From an uncultured bacterium (GTDB lineage: Bacteria; Spirochaetota; UBA4802; UB4802), in the NCBI GenBank assembly GCA_937920495.1, contig CALEUQ010000005.1:12682-76681 (forward strand): 64,000 bases of DNA, given 5' to 3'. Shown here piece after piece: positions 21,431-33,174 of this stretch. The stretch's first letter is position 1. Each line of letters begins with the position of its first letter. The notes beneath the pieces were generated by a model. That model saw nothing but the letters and a program-made list of their open reading frames with translations, searched no databases and had not been told where the DNA came from. A program made the translations under genes and the position numbers.

Positions 21431-21757
21431 TTATTTAATGATAAAGGGCTCGTATTTGATTGCTACAGAACCTTTTTTTACCCAGATGCGGATTTGTAAG
21501 GCATTTTTTCCATCTACCGAAGAGATTGTTCCTAATTCTTCAACAAGATCAATGGTATCAATCGAAAATTCGTAAAATATCTTTTTATCTGAAAAAGGAT
21601 CGGATAATAATATGATCTTTGATTTATCGTATTGATGCTTTTTAGGGGTTCCTACAAAAGCTATATGATCTTCAAAAAAGTTTATATTCCTGTATTTGTC
21701 AATTGCAGTTTTATCGTTTTCTTTAAGAAAATTTAATAATTTAATCTGTTCTTCCAT
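21431..21757 (-). CDS. Conserved small hypothetical protein
   Basis: 108-aa ORF in operon context; FVGTPKKH...DPF...RIWVKKGS pattern. Confidence 0.7.
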   Translation of the reverse strand: MEEQIKLLNFLKENDKTAIDKYRNINFFEDHIAFVGTPKKHQYDKSKIILLSDPFSDKKIFYEFSIDTIDLVEELGTISSVDGKNALQIRIWVKKGSVAIKYEPFIIK

Positions 21758-21775
21758 AACTATCTGCCAAACCTT

Positions 21776-22369
21776 TTATATTTTTTTTAAACCATTAATA
21801 ATGACTTCAATGGATTCCTGTACAATTATCCCCTGTAAGGGTTTATAACTATCAGCAATCAGTAAATTGATCATTGTCATGATAATTCCACAGCATACTT
21901 TTGATAGCACTGGAATATAGGCATTACGTATAAAACCATGAGATATGCCTATGGTTAAAAACTTATTTAATTCCTCATATATTATGTTTTTCATTTTTTC
22001 AGGGAAAAAGGCAAACTTTGAATCATATGCATGAAGTAATAAAAATCTTAATTCACTACTAAATTTAAGCGCAAATTCACTTAATCTCAAAATTTCCTGT
22101 TTAATTATTGTAAAATAGTCTGATTGGGTAATATTTTCCGGTAGTGGGGATAATATAAAAATTGAGTCAATTGAATCAACTATAGGTTGGTAAATCTCGG
22201 TTAAAAGCATCTCTTTATCTTTGAAATATACATAGAATGTTCCGGTTGCCAGGTTGCAGTAATCCATAATGTCATTAATTTTTGTTTTTGAATAACCCTT
22301 TTCATTGAAAAGTTTTTCAGCAGCATAGAGAATTTTTGTTTTTGTTTCAGGTTTAACTATTTGTGGCAT
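21776..22369 (-). CDS. TetR/AcrR family transcriptional regulator
   Basis: N-terminal HTH: AEKLFNEKGY...GTFYVYFKDKE. Confidence 0.92.
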   Translation of the reverse strand: MPQIVKPETKTKILYAAEKLFNEKGYSKTKINDIMDYCNLATGTFYVYFKDKEMLLTEIYQPIVDSIDSIFILSPLPENITQSDYFTIIKQEILRLSEFALKFSSELRFLLLHAYDSKFAFFPEKMKNIIYEELNKFLTIGISHGFIRNAYIPVLSKVCCGIIMTMINLLIADSYKPLQGIIVQESIEVIINGLKKI

Positions 22370-22500
22370 TTCATAATCCTTTGAAACTTATATAGTAGCA
22401 ATAGTAAAATGGTATATATGTTTTATCAAGAAAATAAAATAGCTATGTGGTATTACATGCATATTAATAAACATAGACATAAGGAATAAAATACGTTATG

Positions 22501-22524
22501 AATACCTATGTCAGCATAGGTGTT
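22501..22524. promoter_or_regulatory. Palindrome in divergent tetR/asmA region (candidate operator)
   Basis: AATACCTATG-TCAG-CATAGGTGTT. Confidence 0.35.
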
Positions 22525-22646
22525 CTGTCCATTATTAACTTATTAACAAAATAATTTTCCGCAATAATTAGTGAAATAAAACCTTGACAATATTTAAAAT
22601 TTTAGTATATGTAAAATAAGAAGTACCAGGTATACAGAAAGAGAAT

Positions 22647-24911
22647 ATGAAGAAAATAACCAGTAAAATATATCCGTTGCATTTGCCTGCATTTGTAATA
22701 GCTATTGCTATACTTTTAAGTTTTATTGTTATTCAGAAATTTTATTTCACGATATTGCTAAATTCAAAGGTTACTCCCAATGTTATAGAGCAAATATTTG
22801 AAAATAATTTCAAAAAAGCTATCCAGTTTGATAGCGTTAGCATTACGTTAGGTGGTAATATCCGTCTTGAAAATATGAAGATAGCACCTACTACTGATTT
22901 TAATGATAATTATAATTTGATATCAAGTAAAAACGCAATTATCGATTTGAGTTATTTCAAGGCATTAACTGGTAAGATGGTAATCAGAGGGATAAGCTTT
23001 ACAGATGCTTCCATGACAATTGTAAAAAATTATGGTAAAAGCTATCTGGAAACATTTCAGGGTATATTTTCAGGGATAGTAAATGATAATACTCTTAATC
23101 TGGATGATTTTTATATTGAAGCTGCTGGCAATTTAGTGTACAATGAAAGTCTCACTACAGATAAGTTAAGAGTTATAATTCACGATGTGTCGCTGGATAT
23201 TTCACTTAAAAATAAACAATTATCATATAATATCAAAGGAGTTGTTGAGCCAATTGATAGCACTCTTGATAATGGCAAGATACATGTATCCGGAATTATT
23301 AATTACTCCGATGCAATGGTATATGCATCATCACATCATGCCATATATGCTAAGAAGCTAGATATGCATATAGCAAACTATTTTTTAAAAGAATATTCTG
23401 ATTACCCGATAGTAACCAGGGGGTATTTTTATACTGATTGTATTGTTGATCATGGGTCGGGATTTACATTTAAAGGTATGGTTGAATTTGATAATTGTAC
23501 AGTTGAAAACTATAACAACGTTCCTCATTATGAATTGATATCAAAAGATAATATAAGCATTAATGCACATATCTACTGTAATGAAGATTTATCCCGGATT
23601 GATGTGTCATCATTTGAATTTAATGATAGAGAAATTTCAGTTAATGCCAGCGTAAAGTATATAAAAGATAAAGTGCTGCAATTTGATTTTTCCACAAATA
23701 AGATTGATCTGGATGATTGTGATTATATTCAGTTAATACCAGGTATGTATTATGATGGTTCATTTAAGATACTGACACAATGTGATTTTGATATTGCTCA
23801 AGATACTATGAAGTCATTTAAAATATTATGTGATGCTCACGATGTGTCTATAAAGAAAAAAGTTGGCAACGTTACAAATGTATATCTGGAAAATGCAAGG
23901 TTAAAAATTGACGGCGATGTCAAATCTGTAATTATTGATTTCTTTACCAAACACAAAAAGTCTGATATATCAATACAATCAAAAATAAATATTGCTACAT
24001 GGGCACCATTCACATCTACAACGGACATTACTGTTACTTCCAAACAGTTGCATTCTGATGTGTTGATGAATCTTGTAGTTGATGGCATATCATCATTATA
24101 TACTGGTGCAATTGAAGATATGGGTATTGGCTACACTGAGATGTTTTTCAGGGATAAGCCATTTGGAAAATATTTAATTAATAATGTAATTAAACTAAAA
24201 TTTAACATCGGAAAGCTGCTATTAGATAACAATGCACATCTAAAGAACATTAGTGTTGATCTATTATCAAATAAAGGTGCTATATCAACTCAATCATTTA
24301 CATGTGAAGGATATTCAGGAATATATTCCTTCAATATAAATGCATTTTGTAATTGTGATTATCCTAATCTCAGTATTGCTGCCGGTGTATCAAATTTTGA
24401 TTATGGAAGATATTTACAGGATTGCGGCAAAAAAAATGCAACGGGAGTGCTGAATGCAAGCGTAAATTATTCTGTATCAGGTTACCGCTTAAGCCATCTT
24501 TTGCAAAATGGCAATGGTGTATTGCAGGTAACTATCGCCAATACCCTGTTTGAGAACACACTGCTACAAAAAAAGATTGGTGAAATTGCCAGAAGTTGTA
24601 ACATAACATTTCCTGATGCACTATGGCGATGCAACAGGCTGAATGTAACCATTAATCATATAGCCGACAGATGGATTCTGCAGAATTTGTTTATTGATAC
24701 AGATATGATGCAGCTTGGTGGTTATGGAAGCTATACAGTTGATAAAGGACTCTCATTGCCATGTTATGCAACATTGTTTACAAAAGAGGGGCCGGCCATC
24801 AAGGGGTCACAAAGGATAAATTTTGTCATAACGGGTAATCTTAATAATCCGGTGATTGTGGCCGGCACACCCTGCAGCAAAAAAGAAATATCAGTCTTTG
24901 ATGTCAATTAA
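22647..24911 (+). CDS. AsmA-like envelope protein
   Basis: N-terminal TM anchor, long beta-rich body, C-terminal ITGNLNNP typical of the AsmA C-terminal region. Confidence 0.65.
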   Translation: MKKITSKIYPLHLPAFVIAIAILLSFIVIQKFYFTILLNSKVTPNVIEQIFENNFKKAIQFDSVSITLGGNIRLENMKIAPTTDFNDNYNLISSKNAIIDLSYFKALTGKMVIRGISFTDASMTIVKNYGKSYLETFQGIFSGIVNDNTLNLDDFYIEAAGNLVYNESLTTDKLRVIIHDVSLDISLKNKQLSYNIKGVVEPIDSTLDNGKIHVSGIINYSDAMVYASSHHAIYAKKLDMHIANYFLKEYSDYPIVTRGYFYTDCIVDHGSGFTFKGMVEFDNCTVENYNNVPHYELISKDNISINAHIYCNEDLSRIDVSSFEFNDREISVNASVKYIKDKVLQFDFSTNKIDLDDCDYIQLIPGMYYDGSFKILTQCDFDIAQDTMKSFKILCDAHDVSIKKKVGNVTNVYLENARLKIDGDVKSVIIDFFTKHKKSDISIQSKINIATWAPFTSTTDITVTSKQLHSDVLMNLVVDGISSLYTGAIEDMGIGYTEMFFRDKPFGKYLINNVIKLKFNIGKLLLDNNAHLKNISVDLLSNKGAISTQSFTCEGYSGIYSFNINAFCNCDYPNLSIAAGVSNFDYGRYLQDCGKKNATGVLNASVNYSVSGYRLSHLLQNGNGVLQVTIANTLFENTLLQKKIGEIARSCNITFPDALWRCNRLNVTINHIADRWILQNLFIDTDMMQLGGYGSYTVDKGLSLPCYATLFTKEGPAIKGSQRINFVITGNLNNPVIVAGTPCSKKEISVFDVN

Positions 24912-26879
24912 TTCATAAATTTTTACCGGCAATTGCTTTCCTTTAACCCGTACAAGGTCCAATTCACGAGCTATTACATGATCCTTCACATGTTCATAAG
25001 TAAATTCACTGATTATTATATTCGTGCCATATTGTTTATTTGTTCCTTCAAGGCGTGCACCTAAGTTTACATTATCACCCATGAGTGTATAGTCCATACG
25101 TGAAGCAGAACCCATATTGCCAACTACCATTTCACCAGTATTTATTCCAATACCAATGTGCAGGGCTGGCTTGTTCATCTGTACCCATCGTTTATTCAAT
25201 TGTTCAAGAACCTGTATCATCTCTACTGCACATTTACATGCTAACAGCGCATGGTTATCTTGTGGGATGGGTGCTCCCCAGAATGCCATGATTTCATCAC
25301 CAACGTATTTATCAAGTGTTCCATCATACTTAAATACCAGTTCAGTCATTGCCTGTAGATATTCATTAAGATGTTCCACCAGCTCCTCAGGTGTCATCTT
25401 TTCAGAAATAGTGGTAAAACTTCGTATGTCAGAAAAGAGTACCGTGAGAATCTTTTTATCACCGCCAAGTTTTAATTTATCTGGATGTTTCAATAACTCA
25501 TCAACAACAGTTTTGGAAACAAATTTGGAAAAAGTTTGCCGTATGTATTTTTTCTCCTGTTGTTCTGTTAATACTCTTAAGGCAATAATAAGTGAGAATG
25601 TGGTGCCAACCTGAATGATGGGTGATGCAAATATAGTAATCATGTTAAATACATCAAAGAGCAGGTAAGAACCTATTATATAGAATAATGCAAGACCAAG
25701 AGTGAAGGCAACGGATATAATAATTGAAACCCGGGGAAGAATGAAACCTAAAAGCAGTGCAATGACAAGTAAAATAAGTATATTCTGCCAAGTGCTAAAT
25801 TTAAAAATAAAATCCTGGTTTAGTATTGTGTTCAAGGCGTTGGCATGATGTTCAATCCCAAAAAGGTCGCCATAGGGTGATTTGTGAATATCTGTTGATA
25901 TACCCGTTGATGCGTATGCAGCAATCAGAACTATTTTATCTTTCAACGATGTGTTCTGTATTTTTCCATCGCGGCAAAAATAATAGTATGGATAATGAGT
26001 AAAACTACCTGGCCCGCCAATAAAATTAATATCCATAAAACCTTCATCATCAATCGGAATCACTATGCTATTATCAGGTGTTGGTTTTGCCATTTTTTCT
26101 CTTGGGATGTTTGATAGTTTAATATACCTGCCCATGGAGATGGTTACATCTTTTTTGGTAATGCCATAGTAATGCATGACTATCAAAAGGTCAATAGAAG
26201 GATAATACTTACCTTTGAATTTGATAATTAAAGGAACTTTTCTATTCACATGGTCAGCATCAGGACGTATGTTTGCAAATCCTAATCCTATTGCGGCCTG
26301 CGATAACAATGGTGTTGGTGGGACAGCTTCTTCAACCCATGGCATAGAATTATCCTGTGGATCAACAGGAAAAGAGTAGATATCCAGAATGCGCATACGT
26401 TCAGCAATATCAGTGTATTTTACATCAACCTCTTCTGTTTCAAATGGATAATCTAAAAATACACAATTTGCCTCTTTTATGGCTCTGGCAAAGTCTTCCT
26501 CATACGGTTTGTGGTCCAGGAACATGATATCAAAAAACATTGCTTTAGGATTGCCTGTTCCAACGTATCGGGTAAATTTTGCATGGTATGACCACGGGAA
26601 TGGCCATTTTATTCCTTCATTGTCAAACTCACGGATGGTATTTTCATCAATTCCTAAAATAATAATATCATCACGTGAACGGGGATTTTTACGACTCATC
26701 CGCACACCATCTTGCAGTTTAACGGCTTTTTCAGAAGGGTCACGCAGATAGAATCTGAAATTGATGGAACCGTATTCAAGTCCATCTAATAGTTTTGTTT
26801 GTGAATATAAAAATGATAGGATAACAAATACAGCTAAAGATAATCCCAAACCCAAAATTTGATTTTTATTAATTTGCAT
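24891..26879 (-). CDS. CHASE2-domain adenylate/guanylate cyclase
   Basis: FSDIRSFT, DKYVGD, GDNVNLGARLE; CHASE2 motifs WPFPW, FDIMF, GIEHHA. Confidence 0.93.
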   Translation of the reverse strand: MQINKNQILGLGLSLAVFVILSFLYSQTKLLDGLEYGSINFRFYLRDPSEKAVKLQDGVRMSRKNPRSRDDIIILGIDENTIREFDNEGIKWPFPWSYHAKFTRYVGTGNPKAMFFDIMFLDHKPYEEDFARAIKEANCVFLDYPFETEEVDVKYTDIAERMRILDIYSFPVDPQDNSMPWVEEAVPPTPLLSQAAIGLGFANIRPDADHVNRKVPLIIKFKGKYYPSIDLLIVMHYYGITKKDVTISMGRYIKLSNIPREKMAKPTPDNSIVIPIDDEGFMDINFIGGPGSFTHYPYYYFCRDGKIQNTSLKDKIVLIAAYASTGISTDIHKSPYGDLFGIEHHANALNTILNQDFIFKFSTWQNILILLVIALLLGFILPRVSIIISVAFTLGLALFYIIGSYLLFDVFNMITIFASPIIQVGTTFSLIIALRVLTEQQEKKYIRQTFSKFVSKTVVDELLKHPDKLKLGGDKKILTVLFSDIRSFTTISEKMTPEELVEHLNEYLQAMTELVFKYDGTLDKYVGDEIMAFWGAPIPQDNHALLACKCAVEMIQVLEQLNKRWVQMNKPALHIGIGINTGEMVVGNMGSASRMDYTLMGDNVNLGARLEGTNKQYGTNIIISEFTYEHVKDHVIARELDLVRVKGKQLPVKIYELIDIKD

Positions 26880-27252
26880 ATGTAGTACCCTTACAATTCA
26901 TAAAATAATAGTTTTGTTTGTGACAAATTGAATTAAGTAAATTGACTACTATACATAAGTAATAATTGCAAGTTTTTTATTAAATTCTTGACAAAATAAT
27001 TTTTGTAAAAAAATCACTTTGTATCCTATGTATCACAGATGTAGTGGTATAATACTGTACATAATGCTCTTGTGTGCAATTGCACGCAAATACACTGATG
27101 TCATATTCACATTCATGTGTACGTTATTTTGGGAAGCGGTGCTTTTATCCTGTCATTTCTTCATGCAGAATGTGCGTATTGACGTTGTACTAACAAATTG
27201 AAATCTTCAATGACGGTATATTACATATAATTTCTGGTGAAGAGGTATCAAC

Positions 27253-28917
27253 TTGATTATCAAGGAATATATTGCACAAACTGTTGGACAGGCATTGGCA
27301 AAACTTTTACAGGCAAAGAATATTTCATTAGAGCTATCGCCCGCAGTAAAGGTTGAGTATCCCAAAGAGGAAAAATTTGGGGATTATGCAACACCTATTG
27401 CAATGGAGTGTGCAAAAATTCTCAGGATGTCGCCCATCCAGATTGGTGAAGAGATAAAACAACATATTGATGATAAGATCTTTGAGCGTGTTGATGTGGT
27501 TAAGCCTGGCTTTATCAATATATTTTTATCGCTGCCGTTTCTGTTACAAAGATTGGAGGAGATAGTAACTGTTAAGGATGAGTATGGTAAAAATAAAAAG
27601 ACCAATCCAAGAAAAGTTAATATTGAGTTTGTGTCTGCAAATCCTACAGGTCCTTTAAATGTGGTCTCTGCGCGTGCTGCCGCAGTGGGAGATACTCTTG
27701 CAAACCTTCTTACTGCAAGTGGTGATATAGTGCACCGTGAATTTTATGTGAATGATTATGGCAATCAGGTGTTATGGCTTGGAAAATCGGTGTGGATACG
27801 ATACAAACAGATGCTGGGAGAAGACGTCCCATTCCCGGAAGAAGGTTATCACGGTGAATATGTAAAGGATATTGCTCGATACATACATGAGCACTTTGCA
27901 CAGGAACTATCGCACAAAAAAGATGAAGATGAAATTATTAATTTCTTTGCACGTAAAGCTGTAGAATATAATGTTGCATCACAAAAAAAAGATTTAGATA
28001 GATTCAACGTTACCTTTGATACATGGTTTCATGAAAGCACCTTGCATCAAGACGGCAAGGTAATGCAAGTCTTTAAGTATCTTGAATCGCTTGGTGTTAT
28101 ACGTGATGAGGATGGCAAGAAGGTATTTGTATCCACGCAGTTTGGTGATGATAAGGACAGGGTGGTTGTGCGCGATGACGGAAGACCAACGTATTTGATG
28201 GCTGATATTGCATATCACAGGACAAAAATTGAGCGCGGATATGATCTTATTATTGATATCTGGGGCCCGGATCATCATGGGTATATTGCCCGCCTGGTTG
28301 GTGCAATGAAGGCAATGGGGTATGATGAAAAGCAGTTCAGGATTCTTATTTCGCAACAGGTAAATCTTCTAATGAATGGTGAAGCGGTGAAGATGTCCAA
28401 ACGGTTGGGGACATTTTCCACCATGCGTGACCTTATTGATGAAATTGGGACTGATGTTGCACGCTATTTCTTTGTGATGCGTTCTATGGAAAGCCATCTG
28501 GATTTTGACATTGACCTTGCAAAGCGCCAGAGCAGTGAAAATCCAGTATTTTATTTGCAATATGCTCATGCTCGTATTTGCTCAATATTCAGGGAAGCAC
28601 AAAACAGGAATATTTCTTATAATAAGGCGATAGTAGATGTGGAACATTACAACAATCCTGAAACGATTGCATTGTTAAAGCTTATGGCTCGTTTTCCTGA
28701 AGAAGTATATGATGCGGCAACAAGCTTTGAGCCACATCGTATTACCGTGTACTGTATGCGCCTTGCACAGGCTTACCATAAGTTTTATACTGAGCACAGG
28801 GTATTGTCTGACGATACAGCCCGCACGCAGAGCTATCTGACATTATGTGATGGTGTGCGTATTATTTTGAAAAATGCACTGGCATTACTTGGTGTCAGTG
28901 CACCTGAAAGGATGTAA
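27253..28917 (+). CDS. argS: Arginine--tRNA ligase
   Basis: EFVSANPTGP, KMSKR, YLQYAHARICS, GVSAPERM. Confidence 0.97.
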   Translation: MIIKEYIAQTVGQALAKLLQAKNISLELSPAVKVEYPKEEKFGDYATPIAMECAKILRMSPIQIGEEIKQHIDDKIFERVDVVKPGFINIFLSLPFLLQRLEEIVTVKDEYGKNKKTNPRKVNIEFVSANPTGPLNVVSARAAAVGDTLANLLTASGDIVHREFYVNDYGNQVLWLGKSVWIRYKQMLGEDVPFPEEGYHGEYVKDIARYIHEHFAQELSHKKDEDEIINFFARKAVEYNVASQKKDLDRFNVTFDTWFHESTLHQDGKVMQVFKYLESLGVIRDEDGKKVFVSTQFGDDKDRVVVRDDGRPTYLMADIAYHRTKIERGYDLIIDIWGPDHHGYIARLVGAMKAMGYDEKQFRILISQQVNLLMNGEAVKMSKRLGTFSTMRDLIDEIGTDVARYFFVMRSMESHLDFDIDLAKRQSSENPVFYLQYAHARICSIFREAQNRNISYNKAIVDVEHYNNPETIALLKLMARFPEEVYDAATSFEPHRITVYCMRLAQAYHKFYTEHRVLSDDTARTQSYLTLCDGVRIILKNALALLGVSAPERM

Positions 28918-29116
28918 AAATTGCAATGTAAAAAAATAAATTATTGATTTTTTATAGCTGCAACAGTTGTATTACAATAAATATCACTTAAAAATGTATG
29001 AATGCCACTTGTAAGCATACTATGGCTTTGAGGATGTGTGTATATATCATTCTACTCTGAGAATACATACTATTGTTGAATAATGCATCAAATACTATTA
29101 TGTTAACGACAATTAC

Positions 29117-30334
29117 ATGAAAGTTGCACTTATCGCTACAGGCAGTGAACTGGTGAGTGGCCGTGTTCATGAAGGAAATAATTATTTTTTAAGCCAGCAT
29201 CTACATGCAACAGGATTGGCGGTTGTAATGCACTTTGTGGTTGGTGATGACCGTGAGCTTTTGCGCATGTCAATAGAATATGCGCTGGGTATTGCCGATG
29301 TAATTGTTATTTCAGGAGGGTTAGGGCCAACCATTGATGATATTACCTTTGAAACTCTTGAAAAAATGTTTGGATTAAAGCCGGTAATCCACAAGCCTTC
29401 AAAAGAACGCATGGAGTATTTCTTTAATACAATTGGAAAATCTGTATTGCCATCGGATCTTAAGATGGTGACAGTTCCTGATAATGCAGCAGTGTTTGAT
29501 AATGATACCGGGCTTGCACCGGGTTTTGCTATCAGGGCTGGGGGAAAAGATATTATAGCATTGCCAGGGGTTCCACGCGAATTGCATGCTATGATTGGTA
29601 AGGTTACCGATTATCTGGAACACAACTATCTATTGAAGAAAACAAAATCTGTAACATTCAAGGTTGTCATGATGCGTGAAGCTGAAGTTGATGCGGGGGT
29701 TGGGAAGATAATTCATAACATCAAAGGTGTTGATGTTTCTATAACATACGACGCAGGAATGACTACAGTAGTGCTCAGTACTAACGATGAATCCATGTTA
29801 CCGGTTGATAGTATAATTGGTAAGGCAAAAGAGCTTTTTGGATCAAAATTAATATATGGATATAATTCATTAGAAGAAAAGATTGTTAGAGTATTTACAC
29901 ATCATGGTAAAACGATAGCTATCGCAGAGTCATGTACCGGAGGTCTTGTTGCAAAAAGAATCACGGATATACCTGGTTCTTCAAATGTGTTATTAGGTGG
30001 CATTGTGGCCTATAGTAATCAGGCAAAGGTATCGCTGTTAGGGGTTAATCCAGCTACATTACGTACGTATGGTGCTGTGAGTAAGGAGACAGCGCGTGAA
30101 ATGGCTACTGGCGTTAAGGAAAAATTTAATGCTCGTTATGGAATTTCAATCACCGGTATAGCCGGACCTGATGGGGGAACTGAAGATAAACCGGTAGGGT
30201 TGGTATGCTTTGGCATTGCTGGCAATGACATATTCACCACACAGATGCAATTTGCAGGCAACCGTGAGCAGATACGTACAATGGCAACCAATTATATCTT
30301 AACCAGACTGTTAATATATGCAGGGCTTGAATGA
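29117..30334 (+). CDS. cinA: CinA family protein (MocF domain plus NMN deamidase)
   Basis: GGLGPTIDD, LPGVPRE, AESCTGG, ITGIAGPDGG. Confidence 0.93.
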   Translation: MKVALIATGSELVSGRVHEGNNYFLSQHLHATGLAVVMHFVVGDDRELLRMSIEYALGIADVIVISGGLGPTIDDITFETLEKMFGLKPVIHKPSKERMEYFFNTIGKSVLPSDLKMVTVPDNAAVFDNDTGLAPGFAIRAGGKDIIALPGVPRELHAMIGKVTDYLEHNYLLKKTKSVTFKVVMMREAEVDAGVGKIIHNIKGVDVSITYDAGMTTVVLSTNDESMLPVDSIIGKAKELFGSKLIYGYNSLEEKIVRVFTHHGKTIAIAESCTGGLVAKRITDIPGSSNVLLGGIVAYSNQAKVSLLGVNPATLRTYGAVSKETAREMATGVKEKFNARYGISITGIAGPDGGTEDKPVGLVCFGIAGNDIFTTQMQFAGNREQIRTMATNYILTRLLIYAGLE

Positions 30335-33162
30335 AAAGGGTAATTATTATATATATTGTGCTACTGGTTCTGGGTGCTTCTTCATACGCAATAGAAAGCT
30401 CACAATTGTTTGAGCAGGGTATGGAAGCATTCAGGATGGGGAATTACGGTTCGTCGGAACTTATATTCAGAAAAGTAATTGATGCTAATGATTCATATAA
30501 GGACAGGGCATGGTACTATCTTGCGTTATCAATATTTTATCAAAAACAGTACCGTTCAGCTATCTTTGAGTTAAATAGATTTTTGCTTTTGTGTACCACG
30601 CCTGACCTGTGCAGCGAAGCACGGTTCTGGATTGCAGAATCATATTATGCACTCAATGATTATATCAAAGCCATTGAAGAATACAACAGGTTCATTTCAC
30701 AGAGCAAAAATAAACAGCTGATAATAAATTCGTATGACCGAATAGGCGAAATTTACTTCAATCAAAAACGGTATGATGAAGCAATCATTGAATGGAAGAA
30801 AGCATTAACTATAAGCAGTAAAAAATATCAGGACGAAAGCCGAGTAATAAAAATTGGTGAAGCGCTGTTCTTAAGCGAGCGCTATGAAGAAGCGCTGGAT
30901 ATGTTAGAGCCTTTGATTCATGCTACTGGTGAGCTTACCATACAGTCAAAAGCAAGACTGCTGGTTGGAAGGATATACCAGCTTACCGGCAAGCACTGGC
31001 AGGCAATAAAATATTTCAATGAAATTCCTGAGTCCATGTTGCGTGTGCCGTCTTTTCTGAGTGTGCAATATTTCAAAGCTTTATCATATATTGCATTAGG
31101 AGATACATATAATGCCCGTCTAAATCTTAAATCGTATATACTTATTTCTACTGATGATGTGCCATATCACTATAATGCAAAATACGAATTGGGGAGGATA
31201 CTTTTAAACACCAAAGATTCTGATGAAGGAATGGCACTGCTGGATGAAGTGTATACAAATAGTAATGATATAGAATTAAGAAGCAATGCTTCGTTTGAGC
31301 TGGCAAAGGTCTATCTTAAAAATAACAATAATGAAAAAGCTATCCCCTATTTAGAAAATGCTGTTTCCACCAGTGATGCTGAAAGTCAAAAATATGTCAT
31401 GATGACCTTAACCAGATTATATATAACTACTGCACGCTATGATGATGCAAAAAGGCTTCTGGATTTTATGCTGGAAAAATACCAGTATGAAGAAAATAGG
31501 GATGAAATGCTTTATTTAGTTGCCCAGGTATATGTAATGCAGGGAAACATCCCCAAAGCACTGGAAGTATTTGAGGAAATAAAGGCAACCAATCCTTTTT
31601 CACAATACCTGGCTGAGCTTGATTATGTAAAGGCATTAGAAGCGTTTAAAAAAGGGCAGTTTAACGATGCCATAGATTATGGCAATAGATATTTAAAAAA
31701 TCAAAGAATTGATAACAGATATGAAGCATTAATTTTATTGGCAGAGTCATATGTAAAGATAAACAATACAAAGAAAACCATTGAAGTCATCGATCAGTTA
31801 ATAATCCGTTTTCCAAAGAAGGCAGGATTAGAAGAAATACTATATGAATTATGTGCTGTATTGAAAAGTCAGGGTGTTAACGTGGAGCGGTATTATTCAT
31901 TTATTATTAAAAATTATAATGAGTCAATAGCAGCGGGAAAAATATTTATAGAAAAAGGTGATGATGCTTATAAAAAGAAAAATTTTCAGGTTGCTACATA
32001 TTTTTATTCACAATATCTGGCAACAAAGGGAAGGCCGCGTGAACGTTCAGTACTTTTATTTTATGTACGGTCACTCTATGAATTAAAGCAATATAATACA
32101 ATTATAAAAACATTGCTTAACAGTGATTACTTAACTGTGGATGATTTAACAACAAAATTGCTATTAAAATGGCTGGCAAAAAGCTTTTATGCAATAAAAG
32201 ATTATTCCGCTGCATTGACATATTTCGTGAAAATACCTTTCCAGGACTACAATAAAGAAGATTTTGTAGTAATAGCGGATACAGCATTAAAGGCTGGACA
32301 ACCGGAGATAGCAACTGATATCCTTACGTATGTTGAAGAAGATGATTATTATGCTGGCATTGCGTATTCAATTGCTTTATATTACAGAACGAACGGGAAT
32401 AACGAACAGGCATTTGATTATTTTACTAAAGTTTTACTCAGGAAACCAGATAGCAGTGTTTCTGATGATGTAAAAGTAAACCTGGCACAGATTTACATTG
32501 AACGTAAAGAGTTTGAAAAAGCTATTGAACTGGCACAATCCATTCAGAAGAATGAACTAGAAAATCTGCGGATCAGTATAATGGCTATTGCATATTTCAA
32601 TTCAGGCAATACTGCTGAAGCGTTGAATGTTATTTCAGGTAAACTTAATAATATTTTAAAAACTGAATACGCAGATGAAATAGTGAAGTTTTTGTTGATG
32701 TATTATTATGAACAAAATGATTTAAAGAATTATCAGAATATGTATGTGCATGGCATAAAAAGAAACCGTTTGATATCGTTATCAAATTATTATTATGGCA
32801 TGATGATGTATAAAAATAATAATTACTCACAGGCTTTACAGTTTTTTAACAGTGCGTTACGATATAATGATGAATATGCGCATGCTTCATTTTACTATGC
32901 AGCTTTAATATATCTTTTAGTACAGCGTAATTTTGCTACAGCAAAAAAGTATTTTGACCTATATTTTTCCAAAGTCAATGATACTGAAATCAATTATTAT
33001 AATGCAAAAGTGTATCTATCATTGTTGTTGTACGAGATGGGTAAAAAAGATGATTCCAGAGATATCGTATATCAGATAGTTAACTCAGATTCAAATGTAC
33101 TTGCAAAAATTAAGGCACAACATCTTATTCGTGAGTATGGTTTTCAAGAGCCAATACAATAA
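30331..33162 (+). CDS. Large exported TPR-repeat protein
   Basis: Signal peptide and many TPR-like helical repeats. Confidence 0.85.
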   Translation: MKRVIIIYIVLLVLGASSYAIESSQLFEQGMEAFRMGNYGSSELIFRKVIDANDSYKDRAWYYLALSIFYQKQYRSAIFELNRFLLLCTTPDLCSEARFWIAESYYALNDYIKAIEEYNRFISQSKNKQLIINSYDRIGEIYFNQKRYDEAIIEWKKALTISSKKYQDESRVIKIGEALFLSERYEEALDMLEPLIHATGELTIQSKARLLVGRIYQLTGKHWQAIKYFNEIPESMLRVPSFLSVQYFKALSYIALGDTYNARLNLKSYILISTDDVPYHYNAKYELGRILLNTKDSDEGMALLDEVYTNSNDIELRSNASFELAKVYLKNNNNEKAIPYLENAVSTSDAESQKYVMMTLTRLYITTARYDDAKRLLDFMLEKYQYEENRDEMLYLVAQVYVMQGNIPKALEVFEEIKATNPFSQYLAELDYVKALEAFKKGQFNDAIDYGNRYLKNQRIDNRYEALILLAESYVKINNTKKTIEVIDQLIIRFPKKAGLEEILYELCAVLKSQGVNVERYYSFIIKNYNESIAAGKIFIEKGDDAYKKKNFQVATYFYSQYLATKGRPRERSVLLFYVRSLYELKQYNTIIKTLLNSDYLTVDDLTTKLLLKWLAKSFYAIKDYSAALTYFVKIPFQDYNKEDFVVIADTALKAGQPEIATDILTYVEEDDYYAGIAYSIALYYRTNGNNEQAFDYFTKVLLRKPDSSVSDDVKVNLAQIYIERKEFEKAIELAQSIQKNELENLRISIMAIAYFNSGNTAEALNVISGKLNNILKTEYADEIVKFLLMYYYEQNDLKNYQNMYVHGIKRNRLISLSNYYYGMMMYKNNNYSQALQFFNSALRYNDEYAHASFYYAALIYLLVQRNFATAKKYFDLYFSKVNDTEINYYNAKVYLSLLLYEMGKKDDSRDIVYQIVNSDSNVLAKIKAQHLIREYGFQEPIQ

Positions 33163-33174
33163 TCAGAGGAAGAT

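Noticed and set aside
27000-27250. T-box riboswitch upstream of argS
   Set aside because: No GGTGGNACCGCG T-box sequence or terminator seen.
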